39,371 nucleotides of DNA from Chrysochromulina tobinii. Its lineage: Eukaryota. Positions 29,969 to 38,970 of this stretch are shown piece after piece (the first letter of the stretch is position 1; every line of letters starts with the position of its first letter). A program made the translations under genes and the position numbers. The notes under the pieces are model-generated. The model was not told the DNA's origin. It ran no database searches and saw nothing but the letters and a program-made list of their open reading frames with translations. The stretch is taken from assembly GCA_001275005.1 (NCBI GenBank), contig JWZX01002876.1:1-39371 (forward strand). Reading direction: 5' to 3'.

Positions 29969-32900
29969 GGGCGAGAGTCTGGGCCAGGGTAGATTGACAC
30001 AAGAATGGACACAAAAGAAATATTCGTTTTTTTGCCGCATTAGTGTCTGTGTGATCGCCTCTCACGCACGCCTTTTCGGGGCTTGTGGGTGTGTGTGTGG
30101 CCGAGAGGGCCCTGGGATGAATCGAACGAACGAAACGAAGACTAGTATTGTAACGACAACTCCAACTGCCGCTATCACGCCTAGAACTTGTTTGTGCGCC
30201 CGCCACAAGAAAAGATCTTCGCACAACATGGAAGGCCCTGGTGCCCGCTCCTGTAGCATCGACAGCGGGGACTTTGTGCTTCGACCCGGAGCGAACAATG
30301 CAGAACAGAGCTTCCGAGCAGACCATACCCTGGATGCCCTCATCCCTCCGGAGGAGGCGCCCATGAGGGAACTCTCCCTGGATGCGAGCATTTTCCGAAC
30401 GTCCTACTTCCTGCACGTGCTCACCGATGCGACGTCATCGATCTCCTTCCTCGTGTTCGTCACGTACAACGTCGGGTATGGCACCTTGCCGCACGGCATG
30501 TCACCGGAGCAAACCCCGATGTGCCCCGGATCACTCATCTGGTTGTTGACTTGCTTCATCATCCCCATCATCCTTGCGGTTCGCGTCGCCGTGCGCACCA
30601 TGCTGCACTTTAGATGGATCGGCAGCGTCGACGAGATCGAGCGCGCCTCGTTCGTCGGCTCCGACGTGATGATGTACGGCTACGTGCTCTCGGCGGTGCT
30701 CACCGGATGGGTCCCCGTTTTCTTCCCCCCAGAGGACTCGTGCAGCGCCGACGACTTTTTCCAGTGGTATCAGCACATCTTCGCGGTGCTCGCGCCTTTA
30801 TTTTCGTTGATCGAGGGCGCGCAGCTGATGGGTCTGCGCAAATCGATGAATTCAATCCTTGTGGTCAGCGTGATCGGGCAGCTGCACTTCCTCCTCTTCA
30901 ACGTGATGTTCGCGAACTCACTCGCGCGCCAGCTGCCCCCCGAGCGGCAGGCAACGCAGAGCCGGCTGCTCGCCATCTACCAGCTCTTCCAACATTTCGG
31001 CTTCTGCGCGGGGATTTGCTTTGGGCACATTCACTCGCGGCTGATGCGCCAGCTACTTGAGGAGCGCCAGATAGCTGCCGAGCGCAACTGCCGCCTCGAA
31101 CAAATCCAGTGCGAGAAGCAACGCATTGAGCTAGATCGGCAGCTCTTGTGCCATCGATTTGAGCGCGCGCTGGCCGCTCAAACCGCCGGCGAGGGACGCA
31201 AGTCGCCGAGCGACTCCATGCTGTCGCTGTCTGAGGCCCCGGGAAGTACATATTCCGACCCGTCAGCGCCGACCAGAGAAAACACGAGGGGGGGGGGCAT
31301 TGCACCGCCGGGAGAGACGGCAGCGCCGGCGCTCGCAGAAAGCTCCGGCGCGGCGCAGGTGACGGCGGTGGAGGTCGCACATGCGCCCGCCACGTTCGCC
31401 CGCTTGTCTACGGCCGTAGCGCCGCCCGTGGAGGAGGAGGAGGAGTTGGACGACCCAGGCGAGTTGATCGTAGGCGAGCTGGCCGTTCTGCCCCTGGGCG
31501 TGCGGCTGCCGACTGCAGGGCTCTCTGAGAAGCTGTTCAAGGTGTTCACTGGGCCGGGCTCCTCTGCCGGCTGGACAGACCTGAGCTGTGCGATCCGCGG
31601 AGCACATGAGCATATGGAGGAGGAGAACGAGGAGATCGACGAGATCGACGAGATCGACGAGATCCACCAGCTGGCTAGCAAGGCCACGACGGCTGATGAT
31701 GGCGGTCGGCTGAGTCTGTCGCCCACCTCCAACGCACGCCTGAGTCTGTCGCCCACCCCCATCGGCGAGGACGGCGGCGAGGCGGTGGGCCATCGTTCGT
31801 ACATCGACGGCGAGTTGGCGGGCATGGGGGAGGGGAAGGAGTGGGACGGCCGCTTCCCACAGGTGTCATACCACAGCATTGGGGACGAGACCGCGGATTA
31901 CGGGGTGAGAAGCGACCAGATGGCCTCGAGGCAGGTATTTGCGCCCCTATCCAGGCATGAGGCGGTTCGCGTCGCTGAGCGCTATGCAAAGCCAGCAGCT
32001 CTGGCCGAGTACGGTGAGCTGGCTGCAGCGCTGCCGGCTGGGATGGAACGCCGAGTCGAGCTCTCTGATGGAAGGAGATCTGACCTCACTGATGGAAGGA
32101 GATCTGACCTCACTGATGGAAGGAGATCTGACCTCACTGATGGAAGGAGATCTGACCTCTCTGATGGAAGGAGATCTGACCTCTCTGATGGGACGGAGCG
32201 CCGAGTCGAGCTCGCTGATGGGATGGAACGCCGCCCACAAACGAGCAAGCTCGTGCACGCGAAGCCGCCGCCGCCGCCGATGCTATCGCTCGCGGGCGGT
32301 GAGGATGGCTCGGGGATGTCAGCACAAGGGGGGGTGCAGATGACGGCGGCTGCAAAGCGCCGTCTCAAGCGTGAGAATGCCGCCGCGCGTGAGAAGATGG
32401 TGATGCAGATGGCGCTCAACTCGGCGCATTCCTCGCTCGCGATGGTAAAACTCGGCGCTGATCTCGCCACCGTCGGTGGAGGGGGGTATATGTGTGGTGG
32501 TGGGATGCATATGGGCGGTGGTGGGATGCATATGGGCGGCGGCGGGAGCGGGATGCACATGGGCGGCGGAGTAGGGCACATGGGTCGTGGTGGGATGCAT
32601 ATGGGCGGTGGCGGGAGCGGGATGCACATGGGCGGTGGAGTAGGGCACATGGGTGGTGGTGGGATGCATATGGGCGGTGGTGGGATGCATATGGGCGGCG
32701 GCGGGAGCGGGATGCATATGGGCGGAGGAGGAGGGCACATGGGCGGTGGTGGGATGCGCATGAACGGTGGTGGGGGGAACATGGGACCGCCCATGGCAGC
32801 AGGACCGCCTGGGAGTGCACCGTATGCTCCGCAGTGCGTCGACCCGATGGTGTCGGTGGTCAGCCCAGCGTATGCCTACGGTGCGGCCCCACCCATGCCT

Positions 32901-32984
32901 CACTATGGCGCAGCGCCCAATCAGCTGAGGCACCGCATGCCCCCTAACATGCGCATGCCCTCGCAATCCATGTCGCATTCGTGA
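29955..32984 (+). CDS. Multi-pass membrane protein with a juxtamembrane coiled coil and a repeat-rich disordered tail
   Basis: About 6 hydrophobic segments (~30400-31050) precede RLEQIQCEKQRIELDRQLL, followed by DEI, LSDGRRSD and MHMGGGG repeats. The true start is probably downstream (ATG near 30117 or 30228). Confidence 0.7.
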   Translation: MLTCEGESLGQGRLTQEWTQKKYSFFCRISVCVIASHARLFGACGCVCGREGPGMNRTNETKTSIVTTTPTAAITPRTCLCARHKKRSSHNMEGPGARSCSIDSGDFVLRPGANNAEQSFRADHTLDALIPPEEAPMRELSLDASIFRTSYFLHVLTDATSSISFLVFVTYNVGYGTLPHGMSPEQTPMCPGSLIWLLTCFIIPIILAVRVAVRTMLHFRWIGSVDEIERASFVGSDVMMYGYVLSAVLTGWVPVFFPPEDSCSADDFFQWYQHIFAVLAPLFSLIEGAQLMGLRKSMNSILVVSVIGQLHFLLFNVMFANSLARQLPPERQATQSRLLAIYQLFQHFGFCAGICFGHIHSRLMRQLLEERQIAAERNCRLEQIQCEKQRIELDRQLLCHRFERALAAQTAGEGRKSPSDSMLSLSEAPGSTYSDPSAPTRENTRGGGIAPPGETAAPALAESSGAAQVTAVEVAHAPATFARLSTAVAPPVEEEEELDDPGELIVGELAVLPLGVRLPTAGLSEKLFKVFTGPGSSAGWTDLSCAIRGAHEHMEEENEEIDEIDEIDEIHQLASKATTADDGGRLSLSPTSNARLSLSPTPIGEDGGEAVGHRSYIDGELAGMGEGKEWDGRFPQVSYHSIGDETADYGVRSDQMASRQVFAPLSRHEAVRVAERYAKPAALAEYGELAAALPAGMERRVELSDGRRSDLTDGRRSDLTDGRRSDLTDGRRSDLSDGRRSDLSDGTERRVELADGMERRPQTSKLVHAKPPPPPMLSLAGGEDGSGMSAQGGVQMTAAAKRRLKRENAAAREKMVMQMALNSAHSSLAMVKLGADLATVGGGGYMCGGGMHMGGGGMHMGGGGSGMHMGGGVGHMGRGGMHMGGGGSGMHMGGGVGHMGGGGMHMGGGGMHMGGGGSGMHMGGGGGHMGGGGMRMNGGGGNMGPPMAAGPPGSAPYAPQCVDPMVSVVSPAYAYGAAPPMPHYGAAPNQLRHRMPPNMRMPSQSMSHS
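32061..32189 (+). repeat. 24-bp minisatellite x5 plus a partial copy (L[S/T]DGRRSD)
   Basis: Tandem ctc(t/a)ctgatggaaggagatctgac. Confidence 0.95.
32488..32785 (+). repeat. Gly/Met/His coding repeats (GMHMGGGG)
   Basis: Repeated gggatgca(t/c)atgggcgg units. Confidence 0.9.
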
Positions 32985-33533
32985 ACAGAAGATGGCAATA
33001 TCGCACGGCCTGTGTATACAGCCGTACTCGTGTTGTCCGTCACGTGCGTTCGCTTGTGCCGCGATCGGATGTGGCGGGGTGGGGCCAAGGTGCAAGCTAG
33101 GTGAGGTGAGTCGAGTGTCAGTGCCGCCTGCCGGCTGCGAGAGCGGCCACATACAACTTACAAGTGCCGCGTGCGCGCGCGTTCGAGGCGGTTCGTGACA
33201 GTGTGTGACGTATTCCACGACTCGACAGAGTTGAAGTAAAGAAATCTAATACGTATCTTCTACGCAGCGTTGAGGCTTGAGCGTACACTATTCCGCGATT
33301 ATCTTGATATCTTCTACGTAGTATGACACACTACGTACGGAGTTTTCGTAAAAACTTAATACGAAAGCGAGAGCGGCTCGGTTTCGACGACGACGATCCC
33401 TCTGCCCAAATCCGCTCCGCGTAAATGATTTGCCACAATGCAAATATGCGGGAAGGTGTATAGGATGTGGCAGAACCAGCAACCAGGGGTGTGCTGGTGG
33501 GGCCATCTGCTTCGGTGACGAGCATCCCCCGCC

Positions 33534-34485
33534 TCATTTCGCAAACCATAAGTTGAGCTGCCTCGTGTGTGTGACGCAACGATTGAGCAGGCCATCGTAG
33601 TCCTTCACTCTCAGGATCCACTGCGGCCGCGAGAACCTCCCTACCCATCTGGCCATGCCAGGAGGTGGATGATTTTCGCTCACGAACAGGTACGGCTCAG
33701 TGAGATTGTGGCCTGCATCGCTCACGAGACCAATGCCTTCACAAGACGAGGTCATGGCTGAGAAGAAGTAGATTTCAGTGTATCGGCTGCCGAGGGAGCG
33801 GAATACGTTCAGCCCTTGCGCTGCGGACTTGCCAAAGGAGCGCCAGTCTAGCGGGTTCACCTCAACGTACATCTCAGGAAGATACGCAAATCCGTTGGTC
33901 TCTTTTCCTGGAAGCAGATCGAGGACCGCCTCGACAACGGAGACTTCGGCGCCATCGCAATCGATCTTGAGGTACGCTGGGCCCGCCTGATCCATCGCCG
34001 AAACAATCATCGACAATGGGATCCCCTGGGCCACCCAAGAACGGCCCTTACCCGTCTTTTGCCAATTCATGCCGCAGCCCTCCCCTGGCACTTGGAATGC
34101 CTGGTGTGTCTCCCCGACTCCCACGTTGTAGATTCTCCACCGAGCCGGGGCGCCATTGTACGTGTGGGTAAAGAGCATCTCATCGGCGCACCCTGGCTGG
34201 GGCTCGAAAGAGAGCACTTGGCTGTAGTTGCCGCTCAAGGCGACGAGCGAGAACAACCCTGCATTTGCACCGATGTCGATGAACGCGCCCGTCGCCCGCA
34301 TCGGTTTCAAAATCGAATATACGACCTGTGGCTCGTGCCAGCCACCCATCCAGAGAGCACCTTCGAGGGTGGGGACTACGCCATCACAATAGTTGTGGTT
34401 TAAGAGCCGATCGCCAAAGAATCGCTGGAGCGGTAAGCTCACTTTGCTGCAGCGGGCGTCTGTAATTGTCGACGCATCGACCACT
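33534..34485 (-). CDS. FkbM-family SAM-dependent methyltransferase domain (probably the C-terminal part of a longer fusion gene)
   Basis: Motifs FIDIGANAGLFSL, VLSFEPQP, YNVGVG, YLKIDCDGAEVSV and MYVEV. Confidence 0.85.
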
Positions 34486-35733
34486 TTAAACTGAACATGC
34501 TGTTGTAGTGTTGGCGATTCTCCGCTCTTTCTCGACAGCAGCCGTGGCACGGTCAGCGCATGTGGTTCTCCACTGCTCTTCGAGGCGTGCCGAGAGACGT
34601 TGACCTGATGCATGTAATTTGATGTAAGCCCATGTGATATGGCTAGCTTCCCGAATCAGTTTCTCCGCATCTTGTTGACAACGGCCAATGAAGTCAAAGC
34701 GCCAGCCTTGGATCCACGAGAAGAGTGGACTTTTGAGCAAGTGCAAACGTTGTTCGTGGGACAGAAATGAGGTATCGCTGTTATGCGCACATCCACCAAA
34801 CAGTGCTCTCGAGAGATCCAGATTCATTTGAAGACGCGGTTCCGAACCCAGGCTCATTTGATGAAGCACAGGTTCCAAGGCATCCGGCAAAACGACGGCC
34901 TCGGGTCGCCGCTCCGTGGGCGCAACGTGGAGCATGTATGCCGCATACATCGAGTATTCATTCGCCGGAATGGCAGCATAGATGTCCACGAAGCACTGTG
35001 TGGTGCACTTGTGCTCCGACTCGATGTACTTTATCATTGCCGCAAGGTCTTCGAGACTGTAAAACCAATAATCGGTGCTGCGATATGTGAATTCGTTATC
35101 CAACCCCTCTGGCGAAGGTCTTAATCCAACAACTCGGTGCGCACAACTTCCGTCGATCATGTGAATATTCGACCGTTGTGCAGTCTGGTGTGCCACCCAT
35201 GGATTGCTGACATTCATGACCACCATGCGAGGTTTCGAGATGGCGTCGCGGAAAATTCGGGCAAAGGAGAACGGGCGAAACGGCAGCGATTCAGCGTCGA
35301 GAATCCATCAGTGCGTCATGCCGAGGCTGTGAATCTCGAGTAGTCCAAATATCTTCTTCAGACCACCTATGCTTCGCCGCGCCGTGTTGCCTAGACCTGG
35401 ACTCACGATGCATTTGCGGCAAATCGCACAGGTGTGAGACATGTTGTGCATCCGCTCTCGAAATTTGGCCAATGACATCGTATAGCCCTTGCGTCGTAGC
35501 ACGTCTTCGTACGATAACAAGGTCAGCGAGTTTGCTGATTCTGTATAGTGCTGCTTGAATGCAGCGACTTCATTTGAGTCGCTGAGGATCGAAAAGAGGC
35601 GGACGCATTGCAGATCGTTCGCGTGACGCAGCGTCGCCTGCACGAGGCGGTCGAGCACCTCAAAGTGATTTGAATACGCCGGCCAGAGCACTCCCCAGCG
35701 CGGCGGGTCGGCACACGGCAAAGTGGGTAGCAT
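34486..35733 (-). pseudogene. Glycosyltransferase-like region with an in-frame TGA at 35308-35310, probably fused to the downstream FkbM domain
   Basis: ORF 35308..35733 reads through TGA in frame into WILDAESLPFRPFSF...KPR and joins ORF 34486..35226 exactly (27 intervening sense codons). LDAE is DxD/E-like. Confidence 0.55.
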
Positions 35734-35885
35734 CGCGTCGCGGCGCTACCGTCGACCTCTTCCCTACGCACTGGGCCAGTAAGTGTGAATGAGCCGGTGT
35801 GAACTGTTCTTCCCTAACGAGTCTTGCGTGAGGGCTGAAGAAAAGGCCGGTCGAAAAGCAGTCAAGAGCGAAAATGAACGAGGTT

Positions 35886-36321
35886 AGTGCGTAACCCGGA
35901 CTTCTTTCCGGCACAAGTGCCCAACCCGGACTTGCTAACCCGGACTTAGCTAAGTCCGGGTTGGGCACTTGTGCCGGGGTCCCTAACCCGGACTTAGAGG
36001 TGTGAAGACCGGGTTGGGCACTTGTGCCGGGTGTCTAACCCGGACTTGGATATTTGAAAATTCAAATTGATCCGGGTTGGGCACTTGTGCCGGGGTTCTT
36101 AACCCGGACTTCGAGGTGTGAAGTCCGGGTTACGCACCTGTTTGTAGGTTCTAACCCGGATTTAGGCATAGCTGGGAAGTCCGGGTTACGCACCTTCAAC
36201 GTTATCTAAGTCCGGGTTAGGGCATTGTGCCGGATCTTTTCCCGCCCTCGTTTGGCTAAGTCCGGGTTAGGCACTTGGGACATGTGCCTAACCCGGACTT
36301 CGGAAGTCCGGGTTAGGCACT
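35886..36321. mobile_element. Foldback/MITE-like or transposon-terminal array of 16 inverted AACCCGGACTT motifs
   Basis: There are 8 forward and 8 reverse copies. The outer ends agtgcgtaacccggacttc (35886-35904) and gaagtccgggttaggcact (36303-36321) are inverted with 1 mismatch. No clear target-site duplication. Confidence 0.6.
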
Positions 36322-36956
36322 TGTTTGTCTTTTTGTTGAGACCTCTTCGCGCGATCCATGTCCGCCGGGGGGACTTCTTGGCCTTTGGTCGGGGGTGCCC
36401 TCGTGTCTCACGGATCGCTGGTGCGCGTCCGATCTTCATCCGACGCGACATCCTTGTCGTCATTGTGCAGCCCGTCCTCGCGCGCCGAATGCGAATTCCT
36501 GTCGCAAGTCACGGCAGTTCAAGGCTGGGTTCTGGAATATGATCAGCAGTGCAGTGCTTGGCATATCTTTTTGTTTTGCTTTTTGCGTGACGCCATCATT
36601 CCCTCTGAGTACATGGAGGTGATCAGCTGCATTCCAACGTCACTGGCGTTCGGTGATTTTCTCCTTGCCAATCGACGTGGCACTCTAAGATCTCTGCTCG
36701 ACGACTCTGAACTGCATCTTGAACGTGAAGTGCTACACGTGGTCGCTGTACATAGCAAACTACTTCAACTTCAAGAAGAAGGCAGCATCAGTGGGCCTCA
36801 GTGCTTGTCACAGGCTTGCCGTTACCGTGATTTTCTTCAGTCTTTGCCTGTGGATGCTTGGCTTCAATATGTCTTCTTACCGGACCCGTCTATGTTACCT
36901 TCCTTTCTGCTCGCGTGATTCAGCGACCTCCTGACACACCTCGAGTTCTATCAAGG

Positions 36957-37611
36957 CCGGTGTGCATGGATCTCATCGATGATCCGGAGTTGGATGATCC
37001 TCACGCACGGCTCTCGACTTCGAAGGCGGTGCACAAGAGCTAAATGTCACCTGTCATAGCTGCAGCTGAAGCGTTCCTTGAAGTCGGTCCATCCCATCCG
37101 GCATCAGCGAGTCATCGGTTTCATACCGATGGCAAGGCTCCCTCGGGTTCCGAGTGTGGGTCGATTGTGCTGAGGGGGGGCAGTGGCCAAAGAACTTCAG
37201 TCCGGAACGTTGCTTGCTGTGGTGTGCTCCATTGAGCGAAATTGACATGGTTCAACATCTGCTCTTCTACACTGTCTTCGGGTGTCGAGAGAGAGAGCAG
37301 CGTGGGGTAGTCCCTCTTCGGTTAGAGAAGGATCTGGGCCACCTCGACTAGGTCCTCTTCACGCTCCTGCTCTTCAAGCTCGGTCATCCCCGGTGTGCAT
37401 GGATCTCATCGATGATCCGAAGATTGATGATCCTCATCGCACGGCTCTCGACTTTGAACACCGTGTGAACTGTGTTCGGGTGTCGAGAGAGAGAGCAGCG
37501 TGGGGTAGTCCCTCTTCGGTAGAGAAGGATCTGGGCCGCCTTGACTAGGTCCTCTCCACGCTCTTGCTCTTCCAGCTCGATCAACCCCGGCGTGCATGGA
37601 CCTCATCGATG
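36957..37611. repeat. Degenerate ~200-bp tandem/dispersed repeats
   Basis: ccggtgtgcatggatctcatcgatg occurs at ~36957, ~37390 and ~37587. The block ttcgggtgtcgagagagagagcagcgtggggtagtccctcttcgg... occurs at ~37276 and ~37476. Confidence 0.85.
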
Positions 37612-37936
37612 TGGAACTATGTTGAGACGCTGCCCCTCTGAAGGTGAGCGCTGCGACGCTGTGAAACGTGCCTCGCACACGGTATCCAGTCCCCATTTCC
37701 GAAGCCTGTGCTACGCCTGCAGGAACATGTGTGCCTCCTCCCCTCGGCGCAGCTGCTTCGGAAAAGTGATAGTACATTGTACAAACGTAATTGTCATTGT
37801 ACATTCAGACCTTGCAACACGCCTTGTCTGTTGCGTTCATCAGAGCACACGCCGGGGGAACAGGTACTTCGCTACCGGTGCTGAAACGATGAGGTGAAAC
37901 GAGTTTCGCACGTGGCGCGTGGCCCTTGTTGCGTGA

Positions 37937-38746
37937 ATGGCGGCGGTGCCCCCTTTGTCCGTGGATCTCGTGAACATAGTCAGCCTCCACGTGAGGTCGG
38001 CGCGCACGTTAGCTGATATGGAGAGCGTTTCAACTGAATGGCGTGCTGCCGTGACGAACGAATCCTGGCGCCGCGTCACCTGCTTGGTTTTCCCTCGAGT
38101 GGTGGCAATCGTGAAGGCACTGGAATGGGAGACGCCAGTATACCGCGAGGTCTATCGCGACCAGCTCGCCTGCACTGTCCCGTCCGCCGCCGCACCCCCC
38201 CCTTCCGTTGATGAGCGCTTACGAAACTTTGTGTTCACCATCGAGTTCTTCATCGGAGGCACGCCATTCTGGTCATGGACAGGCCATTTCCAATTAATGG
38301 AAGCGCCAATTCAGACCATTGGTTGTCGGATGTGGACTGCAAACGACCGTCCGCGATGGGCGATCAACTATCTGATCAGTGATTTCCATCGATCAAACTA
38401 TGCTGCAAGAATAACTGTGCGAATCCTCGTCACCAAAAGGAAGGGCACGTGCATTAGTACGCGTGTGTTGACTGACATGATTACCGACGTCTGGGGTGAT
38501 ACAGGATTCTTACTGAAGGAGAGGGATAACTCTTCTAGGACAGTCGATTGTGATGGCGAAGCATTCACGCCCATGGCGTGCCGTACCGATGTACCGGGTG
38601 GGACAGCAGCGCTCATTGTGGCGAGAGCAATTCCTGAGGTCTATGTTGATCAAGGTATATTCCAGTTTGACATCCATACTCCAGATGATGAGCTTTGGTC
38701 ACCGGAGGCAGCTGTCGATTTCCTCGAAAGATTCGTGGCGTGGTAA
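37937..38746 (+). CDS. F-box-like protein
   Basis: The N-terminus LSVDLVNIVSLHV...LADMESVSTEWRAAVTNESWRRV fits the F-box pattern (LPxELLxxI...L..VSK.W....LW). The ORF is 269 aa and intact. Confidence 0.55.
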   Translation: MAAVPPLSVDLVNIVSLHVRSARTLADMESVSTEWRAAVTNESWRRVTCLVFPRVVAIVKALEWETPVYREVYRDQLACTVPSAAAPPPSVDERLRNFVFTIEFFIGGTPFWSWTGHFQLMEAPIQTIGCRMWTANDRPRWAINYLISDFHRSNYAARITVRILVTKRKGTCISTRVLTDMITDVWGDTGFLLKERDNSSRTVDCDGEAFTPMACRTDVPGGTAALIVARAIPEVYVDQGIFQFDIHTPDDELWSPEAAVDFLERFVAW

Positions 38747-38970
38747 CCCCACGACGTCACGCTGCCTCCACCCTAGCTACCGCCCAGGCCACCGCCTCCC
38801 TTGTTGCCGCAGCCCTTCCCTCCCTCGCGCGCGACAGTGACCTGCCGCCACCAGCTTCCTGTGTGACGAAAAATCGGTAGTACTTCTTGTCAGGTGTATT
38901 CCGTTCGGGCACGTGTATCAAATCACATTTAAACTATACAGTCCTTACCTTCACACTGAATCTCCGAGTG

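Noticed and set aside
33200..33533. SECIS element for the UGA at 35308
   Set aside because: By eye I found no AUGA...AA...GA kink-turn stem on the minus strand. A covariance search is needed to exclude it fully.
35886..36321. CRISPR array
   Set aside because: The repeats alternate in orientation, the gaps are short and irregular with two nearly identical (agaggtgtg/cgaggtgtg), there are no cas genes, and the context is eukaryotic.
35886..36321. Telomeric repeat tract (TAACCC/GGGTTA)
   Set aside because: The hexamer is never tandem. It is always embedded in the longer AACCCGGACTT motif and occurs in both orientations.
36358..36918. 186-aa plus-strand ORF as a gene
   Set aside because: It has no recognisable domain and a non-ATG start, and it lies in decayed repeat-flanked sequence.
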